Below are positions 18,535 to 29,029 of a stretch of 64,000 nucleotides of DNA, piece by piece. The notes under the pieces are model-generated. The model ran no database searches. It was not told where the DNA came from and saw only the letters and a list, made by a program, of their open reading frames with translations. This stretch comes from Oscillospiraceae bacterium. Lineage in GTDB: Bacteria > Bacillota > Clostridia > UBA1212 > UBA1255. The position numbers and the translations under genes are program-made. Every line of letters starts with the position of its first letter. The first letter of the stretch is position 1. The stretch is taken from contig SVJB01000004.1 of NCBI GenBank assembly GCA_015069185.1, positions 58,853 to 122,852 on the forward strand, read 5' to 3'.

Positions 18535-20730
18535 ATGGCAGAAAATGAACAGAAATTATATCGTGAGCAAGTAATTACTGATACTTTGGAAGTAAACTAC
18601 ATGCCATATGCTATGAGTGCAATTCTATCTCGTGCTATCCCTGAAATCGACGGATTTAAGCCTTCTCATAGAAAACTCTTATATACTATGTATAAGAAAG
18701 GCCTGATTAATGGATCTCGTACCAAATCAGCTAATGTAGTTGGTGAGACAATGAAGCTGAACCCTCACGGTGACCAGGCTATTTACGAGACCATGGTAAG
18801 AATGACACGTGGTAATGGAGCGCTTTTGCATCCATATGTTGACTCAAAGGGTAACTTTGGTAAAGTTTACTCCCGTGATATGGCATTTGCTGCTGCGCGT
18901 TACACAGAGGTTAAGCTAGAGAAGATATGTGAAGAAGTTTTCAGAGATATCGACAAGAATACAGTAGATTTCGTTGATAACTACGATGGTGAGATGAAGG
19001 AGCCTGTGCTTCTGCCAGTTACCTTTCCAACGATACTTGCTAACTGTACGCAAGGTCTGGCTGTAGGTATGGCAACAAATATTTGTAGTTTTAACTTGCA
19101 TGAACTGATCGATGCAACTTGCAGTTACATAGATAATCCTGATTGTGACCTGCTTCAGTATATACAGGCGCCTGACTTTTCAACAGGTGGCACTTGTATT
19201 TATAATAAAAGCATTATGTCATCAATCATTGAGAAGGGCAGAGGCAGCATCAAGGTACGTGGTAAATACAGACATGACAAGAAGAATAGCTGCATTGAGA
19301 TTTACGAGATTCCGTATACCACTACCGCCGAAGCCATAATGGATGACATTATCAAGATTTTCAAAGAGGGTAAGATAAAAGATATCCAGGATGTACGTGA
19401 CGAGACTGATATTAATGGCTTGAAGATTACTATTGATGTGAAAAAATCAGCAAATGTAGAGGATATAATGAATAAAATATACCGTTTCACTACTTTGCAG
19501 GATAGCTTTGCGTGCAACTTCAACGTTATTGTAGATGGCAGTCCAATGGTGCTTGGCGTGCGCGGTATATTAGAGCACTGGCTCTCGTTCCGTATGACTT
19601 GTTTAAAGCGCCAGATCTCATACGATATTGCAGCTAAGAAAGACAGACTCCATCTACTCAAGGGTTTAGAGAAAATCCTGCTGGATATTGACAAGGCTAT
19701 CAAGATTATTCGTGAGACTGAGAAGGACGACCTCGTTATACCTAACTTGATGTGGGGCTTTGGTATTGATGAGGTACAGGCTAACTTTATTGCAGAGATC
19801 AAACTTCGTAATATTAATAAAGAGTATATTATTAATAAAATTGAAGAGATAGATAAGTTGCTTAAAGAAATTGCTGACCTTGAAGATCTGGTAAAGACTG
19901 ACAAGCGTCTTCATAAGTATATTCAGAATCAGCTTCGTGCAATTGAAAAGAAATATGCAAAAGATCGACTGACAGATGTTATACAAGAAGACGAGGTTGT
20001 AGTTGTGACTCAAGATCAGATGATTGAGGAGTATAATGTAAGATTATTCCTGACTCAGGAAGGATATTTCAAGAAAATTCCTCTTACAGCTTTGCGTAAC
20101 AATCCTGAACATAAATTCAAAGAAGGTGACAGCTTTGTTCAGGAGCAGGAGTGGCACAACAAATCCGAAGTGATTTTCTTCTCTGATAGACAGAATGTTT
20201 ACAAAATGAAGATTCATGACTTTGCAGACAGAAAAGCAGGCGAGATAGGTGATTATCTTACTAATATTCTCGGCATGGAAGATGGCGAACGCGTTTTGTG
20301 CTTTGTTCCTACAGACGACTACAAAGGCGAATTCCTGTTTGGCTTTGCAAATGGTAAGATTGCAAAAGTGCCCATGGAAGCTTATGCAACTAAGAATAAT
20401 CGTAAGAAACTTATCAATGCGTATTCAGACGTGAGTCCAATTGTTGGTATTGAATTTTTCACAGAGGATATTGACGTTGCAATTTGTGCAGAAAATGACA
20501 GACTTCTTGTTGTTAATTCTTCTTTGATACCACTCAAGACGACCAAGAGTTCGCAAGGCGTACAAGTGCTCAAAATGAAGAAGGGTATGAATGCAAAATA
20601 TATGAAACACGTCGATAAATGCGGATTTGCCGATTACAAAGTGTATCGCGTGAAAAATATTCCGGTAGCCGGATGTTTCTTAAAAGATGCAGACAGACAA
20701 GTAAAACAATTAAGTTTATTTGATGAATAA
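18535..20730 (+). CDS. Type IIA topoisomerase A subunit, divergent (ParC/GyrA-like, short C-terminal domain)
   Basis: MPYAMSAILSRAIPEIDGFKPSHRKLLY and the active-site region AAARYTEVKL containing the catalytic Tyr. At 731 aa it is shorter than typical GyrA. It lies immediately downstream of the B subunit. Confidence 0.75.
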   Translation: MAENEQKLYREQVITDTLEVNYMPYAMSAILSRAIPEIDGFKPSHRKLLYTMYKKGLINGSRTKSANVVGETMKLNPHGDQAIYETMVRMTRGNGALLHPYVDSKGNFGKVYSRDMAFAAARYTEVKLEKICEEVFRDIDKNTVDFVDNYDGEMKEPVLLPVTFPTILANCTQGLAVGMATNICSFNLHELIDATCSYIDNPDCDLLQYIQAPDFSTGGTCIYNKSIMSSIIEKGRGSIKVRGKYRHDKKNSCIEIYEIPYTTTAEAIMDDIIKIFKEGKIKDIQDVRDETDINGLKITIDVKKSANVEDIMNKIYRFTTLQDSFACNFNVIVDGSPMVLGVRGILEHWLSFRMTCLKRQISYDIAAKKDRLHLLKGLEKILLDIDKAIKIIRETEKDDLVIPNLMWGFGIDEVQANFIAEIKLRNINKEYIINKIEEIDKLLKEIADLEDLVKTDKRLHKYIQNQLRAIEKKYAKDRLTDVIQEDEVVVVTQDQMIEEYNVRLFLTQEGYFKKIPLTALRNNPEHKFKEGDSFVQEQEWHNKSEVIFFSDRQNVYKMKIHDFADRKAGEIGDYLTNILGMEDGERVLCFVPTDDYKGEFLFGFANGKIAKVPMEAYATKNNRKKLINAYSDVSPIVGIEFFTEDIDVAICAENDRLLVVNSSLIPLKTTKSSQGVQVLKMKKGMNAKYMKHVDKCGFADYKVYRVKNIPVAGCFLKDADRQVKQLSLFDE

Positions 20731-20755
20731 TAAATAATTTTGGAGGTTATATATT

Positions 20756-21952
20756 ATGGAAAAAGCAAATTTATTAATCGAAAAATTAAATGACAAGGAT
20801 GTTAACGTAAGACTCTCTTCGCTAAGAGCTCTTAAGGCTATGATTGATAGCGGTGAGTTAGAAGCTCCTGTTCAGGGAAATGACGTTAACAACCACATTC
20901 ATACAATCTATTCATTTTCACCGTATTCACCTACAAAAGCAGTGTGGATGGCATATCAGGCAGGTCTCAAGACTGCAGGCATTATGGACCATGATTCACT
21001 TAGTGGCGCTCGCGAATTTATTGAAGCTGCTTCAATTCTCAACTTGTTATCTACAATTGGTGTTGAGTGTCGTGTAAAAATGTCAGATACTCCTTTAGTT
21101 GGTAGACGTATTAACAATCCTGACCAGGATAGTATTGCTTACATGGCACTGCATGGTATCCCGCACCAGTATATTGATACAGTTGTTGAGTTCTTTAAGC
21201 CTTATGTTGCAGCTCGTAATGAGAGAAACAGAAAGATGATTGATAATATAAATGCTTTGACAGAACCTTACGGCATCACAACGTCTTTTGATAATGATGT
21301 TGTTCCGCTCTCTATGTTCCATGAGGGAGGCTCGATTACTGAACGTCACTTACTCTTTGCCGTTGCTAAGAACATTGTAGCAAAATTTGGCAAAGGACCT
21401 CAGGTTGTTTCATTCTTAGAAGACGAGATGAAGGTTCCGCTGTCAAGTAAAGTAAAGGGCTTTCTCAACGATAGCGAGAATGATGTTTATGAATATGACC
21501 TGCTTGGTGCACTGAAGAGTAACATGGTTGAGAAATTCTATATCAATGCTACTGATGAGTGCCCTGATGTTCGTGAGATTATAGCTCTCAGCGAGAAAAT
21601 TCACGCTTTCTCTGCGTATGCATACCTTGGCGATGTAGGCGACAGCGTTACAGGCGACAAGAAAACACAGAAATTTGAAGATGATTATCTTGATGTTTTG
21701 TTTGAGACTCTCAAGGAACTTAAATACACAGCAGTTACATATATGCCTTCACGTAACACAATGGATCAGCTTCGTCGTGTGCGTGCACTCTGTGAAAAGT
21801 ATGATTTCTTCCAGATAAGCGGTGAAGATATTAACTCTCCAAGACAGTCATTTATTTGTATGGCTCAAAGAAATCCTGAATTTAAGAACTTATATGATGC
21901 AACAATGACACTTATTGAACGTGAGAAGAGGTTAACAGATGAAAACGTATGA
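20756..21952 (+). CDS. PHP-domain (polymerase/histidinol-phosphatase-like) metal-dependent phosphoesterase
   Basis: An N-terminal HxH motif (NNHIHTIYS) and further PHP-like His/Asp positions. At 398 aa it is larger than HisK-type phosphatases. Confidence 0.55.
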   Translation: MEKANLLIEKLNDKDVNVRLSSLRALKAMIDSGELEAPVQGNDVNNHIHTIYSFSPYSPTKAVWMAYQAGLKTAGIMDHDSLSGAREFIEAASILNLLSTIGVECRVKMSDTPLVGRRINNPDQDSIAYMALHGIPHQYIDTVVEFFKPYVAARNERNRKMIDNINALTEPYGITTSFDNDVVPLSMFHEGGSITERHLLFAVAKNIVAKFGKGPQVVSFLEDEMKVPLSSKVKGFLNDSENDVYEYDLLGALKSNMVEKFYINATDECPDVREIIALSEKIHAFSAYAYLGDVGDSVTGDKKTQKFEDDYLDVLFETLKELKYTAVTYMPSRNTMDQLRRVRALCEKYDFFQISGEDINSPRQSFICMAQRNPEFKNLYDATMTLIEREKRLTDENV

Positions 21953-23333
21953 TATTGTCATAATAGGTGGCGGTACTGCCGGTATTTTCACAGCGTACGA
22001 GCTTAACAAGTTGAAGCCGGATGCCAGGATTGCCATTATCGAGCAGGGAAATGTAATCAGAAAGAGAATTTGCCCAATTGTCGATGGCAAGGTAAAGACA
22101 TGTATCAACTGTAAGAACTGTTCTATTATGAATGGTTTTGGAGGCGCGGGTGCTTTTTCTGATGGTAAGTTCAACTTTACCACAGAGTTTGGCGGTTGGC
22201 TCAATGATTACCTGCCTGATAATGAGGTTATGGATCTGATTGAGTACGTTGATAGCATTAATATTCTATTTGGTGCTACAACTGAAAGATTTTCTACGTA
22301 TTCAGAGGCTGCAAAGAAGCTGGAAAAGAAGGCGTTAGAACATGACCTGCATTTGTTGCAGGCGTCTGTAAAACATCTTGGTACAGAGAAGAATTTGGAC
22401 ATTCTTACTAACATCTATGACTATTTGCAGGATAAAATTGACATTTTATGTAACACTACTGTAGAACACATCATTAAGACTTCTTCCGGTGAATATGAGC
22501 TTGTGATAAACGGCGCTTCTGATGTTAAATGCCAATATCTGGTAGCAGCACCCGGTCGATCCGGTGCTGAGTGGTTCTCAAGCGAATGCAGAAATCTCGG
22601 TATTGATCTTGTAAACAACCAGGTTGACATAGGTGTTCGTGTAGAGCTTCCTGCAAAGGTGTTTGAAGAGATAACCAATGTAGTTTATGAAGCAAAACTT
22701 GTATACCGTACTAAGCAATACGGTGACCATGTGCGCACATTCTGTATGAATCCTAATGGTCATGTTGTTATGGAAAATGTTGATGGACTTATTACTGTAA
22801 ACGGTCACAGTTATAGTGAGGCTTCTCTGCAAAGCCAGAACACAAACTTCGCGTTACTTGTAAGTAATAGATTTACTCAACCTTTTAACCAGCCTTATCA
22901 GTATGGTAAACGTATAGCATCGCTATCCAATATGTTAGCAGGTGGTGTACTGGTACAACGTTTTGGTGACTTGGTAAAAGGCGTGAGAACTAATGAGCAC
23001 CGTATGAGTAAGAGCTTTACAAAACCTACTTTGAATGCTACTCCGGGAGATTTGAGTTTGGTGCTGCCCAAGCGCCATCTTGATAATATTATTGAGATGA
23101 TTTATGCCTTGGACAAGATTGCGCCCGGTACAGCTAACTATGACACCTTGTTATATGGTGTTGAAGTTAAGTTCTACAGCTCGCGTATTGTATTATCTAA
23201 TTTGCTTGAGACAGAACACACAAACATGTTCGCATGTGGAGATGGAGCAGGAATCACAAGAGGCTTATCACAGGCTGCGGCAAGTGGCGTTCATGTAGCA
23301 AGAACAATTTACGCAAGAATGTCAAAAATGTAA
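21939..23333 (+). CDS. FAD-dependent protein of the COG2509 family (uncharacterised FAD-dependent dehydrogenase)
   Basis: A dinucleotide-binding N-terminus (YDIVIIGGGTAGIFTAYEL) and a C-terminal GDGAG motif typical of COG2509. It overlaps the PHP gene by 14 nt. Confidence 0.65.
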   Translation: MKTYDIVIIGGGTAGIFTAYELNKLKPDARIAIIEQGNVIRKRICPIVDGKVKTCINCKNCSIMNGFGGAGAFSDGKFNFTTEFGGWLNDYLPDNEVMDLIEYVDSINILFGATTERFSTYSEAAKKLEKKALEHDLHLLQASVKHLGTEKNLDILTNIYDYLQDKIDILCNTTVEHIIKTSSGEYELVINGASDVKCQYLVAAPGRSGAEWFSSECRNLGIDLVNNQVDIGVRVELPAKVFEEITNVVYEAKLVYRTKQYGDHVRTFCMNPNGHVVMENVDGLITVNGHSYSEASLQSQNTNFALLVSNRFTQPFNQPYQYGKRIASLSNMLAGGVLVQRFGDLVKGVRTNEHRMSKSFTKPTLNATPGDLSLVLPKRHLDNIIEMIYALDKIAPGTANYDTLLYGVEVKFYSSRIVLSNLLETEHTNMFACGDGAGITRGLSQAAASGVHVARTIYARMSKM

Positions 23334-23344
23334 AAAATCTTTGG

Positions 23345-23382
23345 CGGATAGGTTGCAATTATCCGCCTTTTTTTATATAATC
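23345..23382 (+). terminator. Rho-independent terminator
   Basis: GGCGGATAGG-loop-TATCCGCC followed by TTTTTTT. Confidence 0.8.
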
Positions 23383-23417
23383 AAATCTGATTTTACATTA
23401 ATTGGAAGGTGCTGTTT

Positions 23418-23993
23418 ATGGAGCTTTTAAAACAAAAAATCATAGATCACGGTATCGTTAAGGCGGGCGGTGTTCTTAGAGTGGACAGTTTCCTTAATCA
23501 TCAAATAGATATTTCACTTTATCAGGAGATTGGTAAAGAGTTCTATCGCTTATTTGAGTCCGATAATGTTACAAAGATTCTTACAGTAGAGGCGTCAGGT
23601 ATTGGTATTGCGTGTATGACAGCGCAGTATTTTGGTGTACCTGTAGTCTTTGCAAAGAAAAGTAAAACGTCAAATGTGGCCGAAAATAATTATGTTGGTC
23701 ACATTTATTCTTTTACCCATCAATGTCATAATGATATTATTGTTAATCGTGAATATGTCACACCACAAGACAGAGTCCTTCTTATTGACGATTTCCTTGC
23801 GAAAGGAAGCGCATTTGAGGGACTTATTGATATTGTAAAACAAGCCGGAGCATATCTTGTAGGAGCTGGTAGCGTAATTGAGAAAGGTTTCCAGGGCGGT
23901 GGGGACAAGCTTCGCAGCTGTGGTATTAGGGTAGAGTCGCTTGCGATTGTTGACTCTATGGAAGAGGGACAACCTATTGTCTTCCGTAACTAA
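23418..23993 (+). CDS. xpt: Xanthine phosphoribosyltransferase
   Basis: MELLKQKIIDHGIVKAGGVLRVDSFLNHQIDISL plus the PRPP-binding motif VLLIDDFLAKGSA. The ORF track starts 9 nt earlier. Confidence 0.9.
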   Translation: MELLKQKIIDHGIVKAGGVLRVDSFLNHQIDISLYQEIGKEFYRLFESDNVTKILTVEASGIGIACMTAQYFGVPVVFAKKSKTSNVAENNYVGHIYSFTHQCHNDIIVNREYVTPQDRVLLIDDFLAKGSAFEGLIDIVKQAGAYLVGAGSVIEKGFQGGGDKLRSCGIRVESLAIVDSMEEGQPIVFRN

Positions 23994-24061
23994 TTTTGGT
24001 GTAAATTTATTTACATATATTTATTATTAAATTTTGCCGTAAGGCAGGGAGGTTTTTTACA

Positions 24062-25297
24062 ATGAAAAAAGTATTATCTTTAGTGCTGGCTTTAGCAATG
24101 GTACTTTCATTTGCTGTAGGTTTTGCTGGTTGTGGCGGCAACGAAGACGGCGATGATTTCCTTGTAGGTGCTATTTACATTAACGGTAAAAATGACACTG
24201 CAGGTTACACATTTGCACATCATAATGGTATTACTAAAGCTATGGAACAGCTCGGCATGGACGTTAGCAAGCAGCTTAAAATTGTTGATAACGTACCTGA
24301 GGATGACGCTCAGGTTACAAATGCTATCAACACATTAGCAGCACAGGGATGCAAGCTTATCATCGGTATCAGCTTTGGTTATCTGACTGCTATGGAAGCA
24401 GCTGCTGAAAAATATCCTGATATTATTTTCAGCCATGCAACAGGTTATTTGTCAAATGACACAAACTTCAACAACTACTTTGGTCGTATTTATCAGGCAC
24501 GTTACCTTGCAGGTATTGCAGCAGGTAAGAAGTCACTTGCTGTTAACAACAACAATGTTGGTTATGTAGCAGCTTACGGCACAGAATATGCTGAGACATG
24601 TAGTGGTATTAACGCTTTTGCACTTGGTGTACAGGCAGTTAATCCTAATGCTAAAGTTTATGTAAGCAAACTCAACGCATGGGCAAACGAGATAATGGAG
24701 CGTCAGCTTGCTGAGAAACTTATCACTGACTATGGTTGTGGTGTTATTGCTCAGCACTGTGACAGTGCTCTTCCTCAGATCGCAGCTCAGGACAAGAATG
24801 TATTCGGATGCGGTTACAATTCAGATATGACATCACAGGCTCCTAAGAGTCACCTTACAGCTCCAATCTGGAACTGGGATGTTTATTACAAATTAGCTAT
24901 TGAGACAGCTATGAATACTCCTGATGAGTTCATGACTAAGGTAGGCATTTACTACGGCGGTCTCAAAGAAGGTTTTGTTGATATTTCTCCTCTTACAGAG
25001 AACTGTGAAGAAGGCACACAAGCTATCATCGATGCAGTTAAGAAGATGATGGTTGATGGCGAATGGGACGTATTTACAAACGTTAAGCTTTCTATTGCAG
25101 CTGACGGCACAATCACTAAGGTTGAAGGTGCTATGACAGACAATAAGGGTGCAGAAGTTATCTCCGCTGATGGTAACACATATTCAGTATATGATAAAGC
25201 TGGTAATCTTGGTCCTGTAGAGGGCGGTAAAGCTGCTCAGGATGGCGTTATCAAGGGCTCTATGAACTGGTATGTAGCAGGCGTTGAAGAAAAATAA
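24062..25297 (+). CDS. BMP-family (PnrA/Med-like) nucleoside-binding lipoprotein, ABC substrate-binding protein
   Basis: A lipobox (FAGCGG) and a BMP-family fold signature, followed by a two-NBD ATPase and two permeases. Confidence 0.85.
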   Translation: MKKVLSLVLALAMVLSFAVGFAGCGGNEDGDDFLVGAIYINGKNDTAGYTFAHHNGITKAMEQLGMDVSKQLKIVDNVPEDDAQVTNAINTLAAQGCKLIIGISFGYLTAMEAAAEKYPDIIFSHATGYLSNDTNFNNYFGRIYQARYLAGIAAGKKSLAVNNNNVGYVAAYGTEYAETCSGINAFALGVQAVNPNAKVYVSKLNAWANEIMERQLAEKLITDYGCGVIAQHCDSALPQIAAQDKNVFGCGYNSDMTSQAPKSHLTAPIWNWDVYYKLAIETAMNTPDEFMTKVGIYYGGLKEGFVDISPLTENCEEGTQAIIDAVKKMMVDGEWDVFTNVKLSIAADGTITKVEGAMTDNKGAEVISADGNTYSVYDKAGNLGPVEGGKAAQDGVIKGSMNWYVAGVEEK

Positions 25298-25315
25298 TTG
25301 ATAAGGACAATATAT

Positions 25316-26902
25316 ATGAGCAATAATATTTATGCGATTGAATTAGAGAATATTACTAAGACCTTTGGTAGTGTTGTCGCAAACAAGAACATAAACCTTA
25401 ACGTTAAGCAGGGCGAGATTCTCGCCCTGCTTGGCGAAAATGGATCCGGAAAGACTACGCTTATGAATATGCTTTCCGGTATTTATAAACCGGACAGCGG
25501 TACTATCAAAGTAAACGGTGTACCGGTTACTATTCATTCACCGGAAGATTCTAAGAAATACGGAATTGGAATGGTACATCAGCATTTTAAGCTTGTTGAT
25601 GTTTTCACAGCTGCTGATAATATCTGGATGGGCGCTCAAAATGCAGGATTGATTCTGAAAAATGACAGATATGAAAAAATAGCAGAGATAAGCAATAAAT
25701 TTGGATTTGAATTCAACCCGCGCAAAGTTGTTTCAAATATGTCTGTAAGCGAGAAACAGACACTGGAGATTTTGAGAGTGCTTTATTACGGCGCGAATGT
25801 TATCATTCTTGACGAACCTACTGCGGTACTTACTGTACAAGAGATTCGTAAATTGTTTGATGTTCTTCGTCGTATGAAGGAAGAAGGGCACTCCATTATC
25901 ATAATTACTCACAAATTAAATGAAGTTATGGAAATAAGCGACCGCGTAACTATTTTACGTAAGGGCGAATATATAGATACAGTAAACACAAGTGAGACTA
26001 ACGAACAGGAACTTACCGACCTAATGGTAGGTCATAAGGTTAATCTTAATATTGAACGTGTAGAGACCTCGTTTGATCGTCCGCTACTTGAGATTCGTAA
26101 TCTTACTATTAAAAATGATGAAGGCTCAAAAGCAATAGATGATGTTAATTTCTATATCCGTGGTGGAGAGATACTTGGTGTTGCCGGTATAGCTGGTTGT
26201 GGCCAAAAGGAGCTATGCGAGGCTATCGCGGGACTCCGCAAGATAGAAGATGGACAGATTATTCATAAGGGTGAAAATATTGTTGGACTTACACCGAAGG
26301 CAATTATAGAAAAGGGTATATCAATGAGTTTTATACCTGAGGACAGACTTGGCATGGGATTGGCTCCGTCTTTGTCGATTACCGACAATATGATGTTGAA
26401 AAATTATAACCAGGGTAAGTCAATCTTTGTTGACAGAGATAAGGCAAGAAATAAAGCTCAGGAATTAATCGATAGACTTGGAATAGTCACTCCATCTACA
26501 GAAACACCGGTGCGTCGTTTGTCTGGTGGTAATGTACAGAAAGTGCTTGTTGGTAGAGAGATTGACGCAGGTCCAAACGTTATTATCACAGCATATCCGG
26601 TTCGAGGTCTTGATATTAACTCTTCATATGCTATTTATGATATCTTAAATGAACAGAAGAAAGATGGTGTTGGTATTCTGTTTGTTGGAGAAGATCTTGA
26701 TGTTATGCTAGCTCTTTGTGACAAGATTATGGTACTTTGCCATGGTAAGCTTATGGGTGTTGTTCATGCGCACAAGGCGACCAAAGAGGAACTTGGTCTT
26801 ATGATGACCGGTGCTAAGGATATTTCTGAAGTAAATGGTAAAGTTGCTGGTATTGCAAAGGATTCACTTATTGCAGACAGTAAGGAGGCTTCTGATGAAT
26901 AA
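25316..26902 (+). CDS. ABC transporter ATP-binding protein with duplicated nucleotide-binding domains (nucleoside/sugar type)
   Basis: Two Walker A motifs (GENGSGKTT, GIAGCGQKE), ABC signature motifs and ~530 aa. I take the start at ATG 25316 after an AAGGA RBS. Confidence 0.85.
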   Translation: MSNNIYAIELENITKTFGSVVANKNINLNVKQGEILALLGENGSGKTTLMNMLSGIYKPDSGTIKVNGVPVTIHSPEDSKKYGIGMVHQHFKLVDVFTAADNIWMGAQNAGLILKNDRYEKIAEISNKFGFEFNPRKVVSNMSVSEKQTLEILRVLYYGANVIILDEPTAVLTVQEIRKLFDVLRRMKEEGHSIIIITHKLNEVMEISDRVTILRKGEYIDTVNTSETNEQELTDLMVGHKVNLNIERVETSFDRPLLEIRNLTIKNDEGSKAIDDVNFYIRGGEILGVAGIAGCGQKELCEAIAGLRKIEDGQIIHKGENIVGLTPKAIIEKGISMSFIPEDRLGMGLAPSLSITDNMMLKNYNQGKSIFVDRDKARNKAQELIDRLGIVTPSTETPVRRLSGGNVQKVLVGREIDAGPNVIITAYPVRGLDINSSYAIYDILNEQKKDGVGILFVGEDLDVMLALCDKIMVLCHGKLMGVVHAHKATKEELGLMMTGAKDISEVNGKVAGIAKDSLIADSKEASDE

Positions 26903-28037
26903 AAATAGAGAACCGCTTATTCGTGTTGTTAAACGTGAGGGTATGAAAAGAAGAGAGATTGTGATGCTTTATTTTGGTGCAATTATTCTTGCCCTTGGTA
27001 TTGGCGCTATATTGCTTCTGTCTCTTGACGCTGAACCTTTTGAATATTATGAAAAAATGTTTACTATGGGCACTATAGGCAATAAACTTGCCTATATCCA
27101 GTTCCAAACATATGTTCAAGAATTTGTACCTCTTTTAATAACATCTCTCGCTCTTTCTCTTGCTTTCAAAATGAGATTCTGGAATATCGGTGGAGAAGGA
27201 CAGTTTTTATTAGGATCGCTAGCAGGTGCTACAGTAGCGTTTATGGTACCAACATCCACCAACGTGTTTTTATCAATGTTTCTTATGATATTAGCCGGTG
27301 CAGTTGTAGGTGGCTTAATAGGTTTATCAACGGCAGCTCTCAAAGTTAAATTTGGTACAAATGAAACATTATTTACTTTGATGATTAACTATGTTGCGCT
27401 TTATGTTATGAGGTTTTTCGGCGAAACAAAGGCAGATTGGAACATTTTCCTGCGCCCCGAAGAACGTCCTAAATTCAACCAGATTCCTGATAATACAAAG
27501 ATGTTTACAATTAAAATCGGCGATTTTTCTCTGGAACTGTCATTGATTCTTGCAATCGTACTTGTTGTAGTGCTTTATTTCTATTTGAATCGCACAAAGC
27601 AAGGCTATGAGATTGCAGTTGTGGGAGATAGTATTAATACAGCAAAATATGCAGGTATGAAGGTTAATAAGGTTATATGCAGAACAATGTTTATTTCAGC
27701 CGCACTAATTGGTGCTGCAGGTGCTCTCAGAGTGTCAAGTGTGCATGCGCTTTCGGACTCAATTACAAATAGTGTTGGCTGGACAGGTATTGTTGTTGCA
27801 TGGCTAGCTAAACTGAATCCTATAGGTATTGTTATTGTTTCTGCTTTGATTACATTACTTCAGTGTGGTTGTCGCTTTGCATCGTCTAGCTTTGGTAATA
27901 TTGACAGCCATTTTGCTGACTTATTACAGGGAATTATTTTGTTTGTTATTCTGGCAGCAGACTTCTTTATTCGCTTTAAGATTGTGTTTAGACACAATTC
28001 GAAGAAGAGTTCATCTGAGAAGGAGGTAAATGCATGA
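26895..28037 (+). CDS. ABC transporter permease 1 (nucleoside importer)
   Basis: A multi-TM branched-chain/ribose-type permease. I chose ATG 26895, which overlaps the ATPase stop. Confidence 0.8.
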   Translation: MNKNREPLIRVVKREGMKRREIVMLYFGAIILALGIGAILLLSLDAEPFEYYEKMFTMGTIGNKLAYIQFQTYVQEFVPLLITSLALSLAFKMRFWNIGGEGQFLLGSLAGATVAFMVPTSTNVFLSMFLMILAGAVVGGLIGLSTAALKVKFGTNETLFTLMINYVALYVMRFFGETKADWNIFLRPEERPKFNQIPDNTKMFTIKIGDFSLELSLILAIVLVVVLYFYLNRTKQGYEIAVVGDSINTAKYAGMKVNKVICRTMFISAALIGAAGALRVSSVHALSDSITNSVGWTGIVVAWLAKLNPIGIVIVSALITLLQCGCRFASSSFGNIDSHFADLLQGIILFVILAADFFIRFKIVFRHNSKKSSSEKEVNA

Positions 28038-29017
28038 ACGTTTTTGTAAATTTCCTTTTTGTTATAGTAAAAAACAATATAGCTCTTCTTTATGGTACTG
28101 TAGGTGAGATTGTTACAGAGAAATCAGGCAGTCTTAATCTTGGTGTAGAGGGCACAATGGCTATTGGTGCTATTGGCGGCGTACTTATTGGATGTAAATC
28201 AGGAAGTTTGTTGGTTGGTATTTTGGCTTCATTCTTCTTTGCTGCGTTATGTGGTCTGTTCTTTGCTTTCATGACAGTAACTTTGCAGGCAAATCAAAAT
28301 GTTACTGGTTTAACAATCACTACATTTGGACTTGGCATGTATTACTTTATTGGTAATGCATTCAAAAATGCTGGTAAATGGCCTACGAACAACGTTGTAG
28401 ATAGTCTTAACGGTATGAAGCCTATTGAAATTCCACTTCTTAGCAAAATTCCTGTTATTGGTAAAGCATTCTTTTCACAGAATATATTCGTTTATTTGGG
28501 AATAATTATTGCGGTTGTTATATGGTGGTACTTAAAATATACTAAGCCGGGACTTCGTATTCGAGCAATTGGTGAAAATCCCGCATCTGCTGATGCTGTT
28601 GGTGTAAATATTACGCTATATAAATATGTTCATCTGATGCTGGGCTCTGGTATTATGGGTATAGGCGGATTGTTGATGGCACTTACTCTATCTGGTAGCT
28701 TTGAGGGAAGTAAATGCTGGATTGACGGTTTTGGATGGATTTCCATAGCCCTGGTAATCTTTGCTAACTGGAACACATTGCTTGCGATTATAGGTACTTT
28801 GGTGTTTGGCTTGTTTAATACTCTAAAGGTTTATGGTAGTACGCTTGCTGATTTTTATCCTAAAGTTTTTGGATGGCTGAACAAAATTCCACCGCAATTT
28901 ATGCAGGCGCTTCCGTTTATTATTACAGCAGTTGTGCTTGTTGTTTCTTCTATCAGCAAAAGAAAAACAGACGAACCTGCCGCTATCGGACGCAATTATT
29001 ACAGAGAAGAAAGGTAA
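28034..29017 (+). CDS. ABC transporter permease 2 (nucleoside importer)
   Basis: A multi-TM permease overlapping the upstream permease by 4 nt (ATGA). Confidence 0.8.
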   Translation: MNVFVNFLFVIVKNNIALLYGTVGEIVTEKSGSLNLGVEGTMAIGAIGGVLIGCKSGSLLVGILASFFFAALCGLFFAFMTVTLQANQNVTGLTITTFGLGMYYFIGNAFKNAGKWPTNNVVDSLNGMKPIEIPLLSKIPVIGKAFFSQNIFVYLGIIIAVVIWWYLKYTKPGLRIRAIGENPASADAVGVNITLYKYVHLMLGSGIMGIGGLLMALTLSGSFEGSKCWIDGFGWISIALVIFANWNTLLAIIGTLVFGLFNTLKVYGSTLADFYPKVFGWLNKIPPQFMQALPFIITAVVLVVSSISKRKTDEPAAIGRNYYREER

Positions 29018-29029
29018 TTTATTAATATA

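Noticed and set aside
23334-23417. Purine riboswitch upstream of xpt
   Set aside because: Only ~75 nt are available, and about 40 of them are the upstream terminator hairpin. No three-way-junction aptamer is possible in the remainder.
29018-29029. T-box leader for trpS (and similarly for thrC at 40418-40501)
   Set aside because: The gaps of 13 nt and 84 nt are far too short for a ~250-nt T-box. The thrC gap holds only a promoter.
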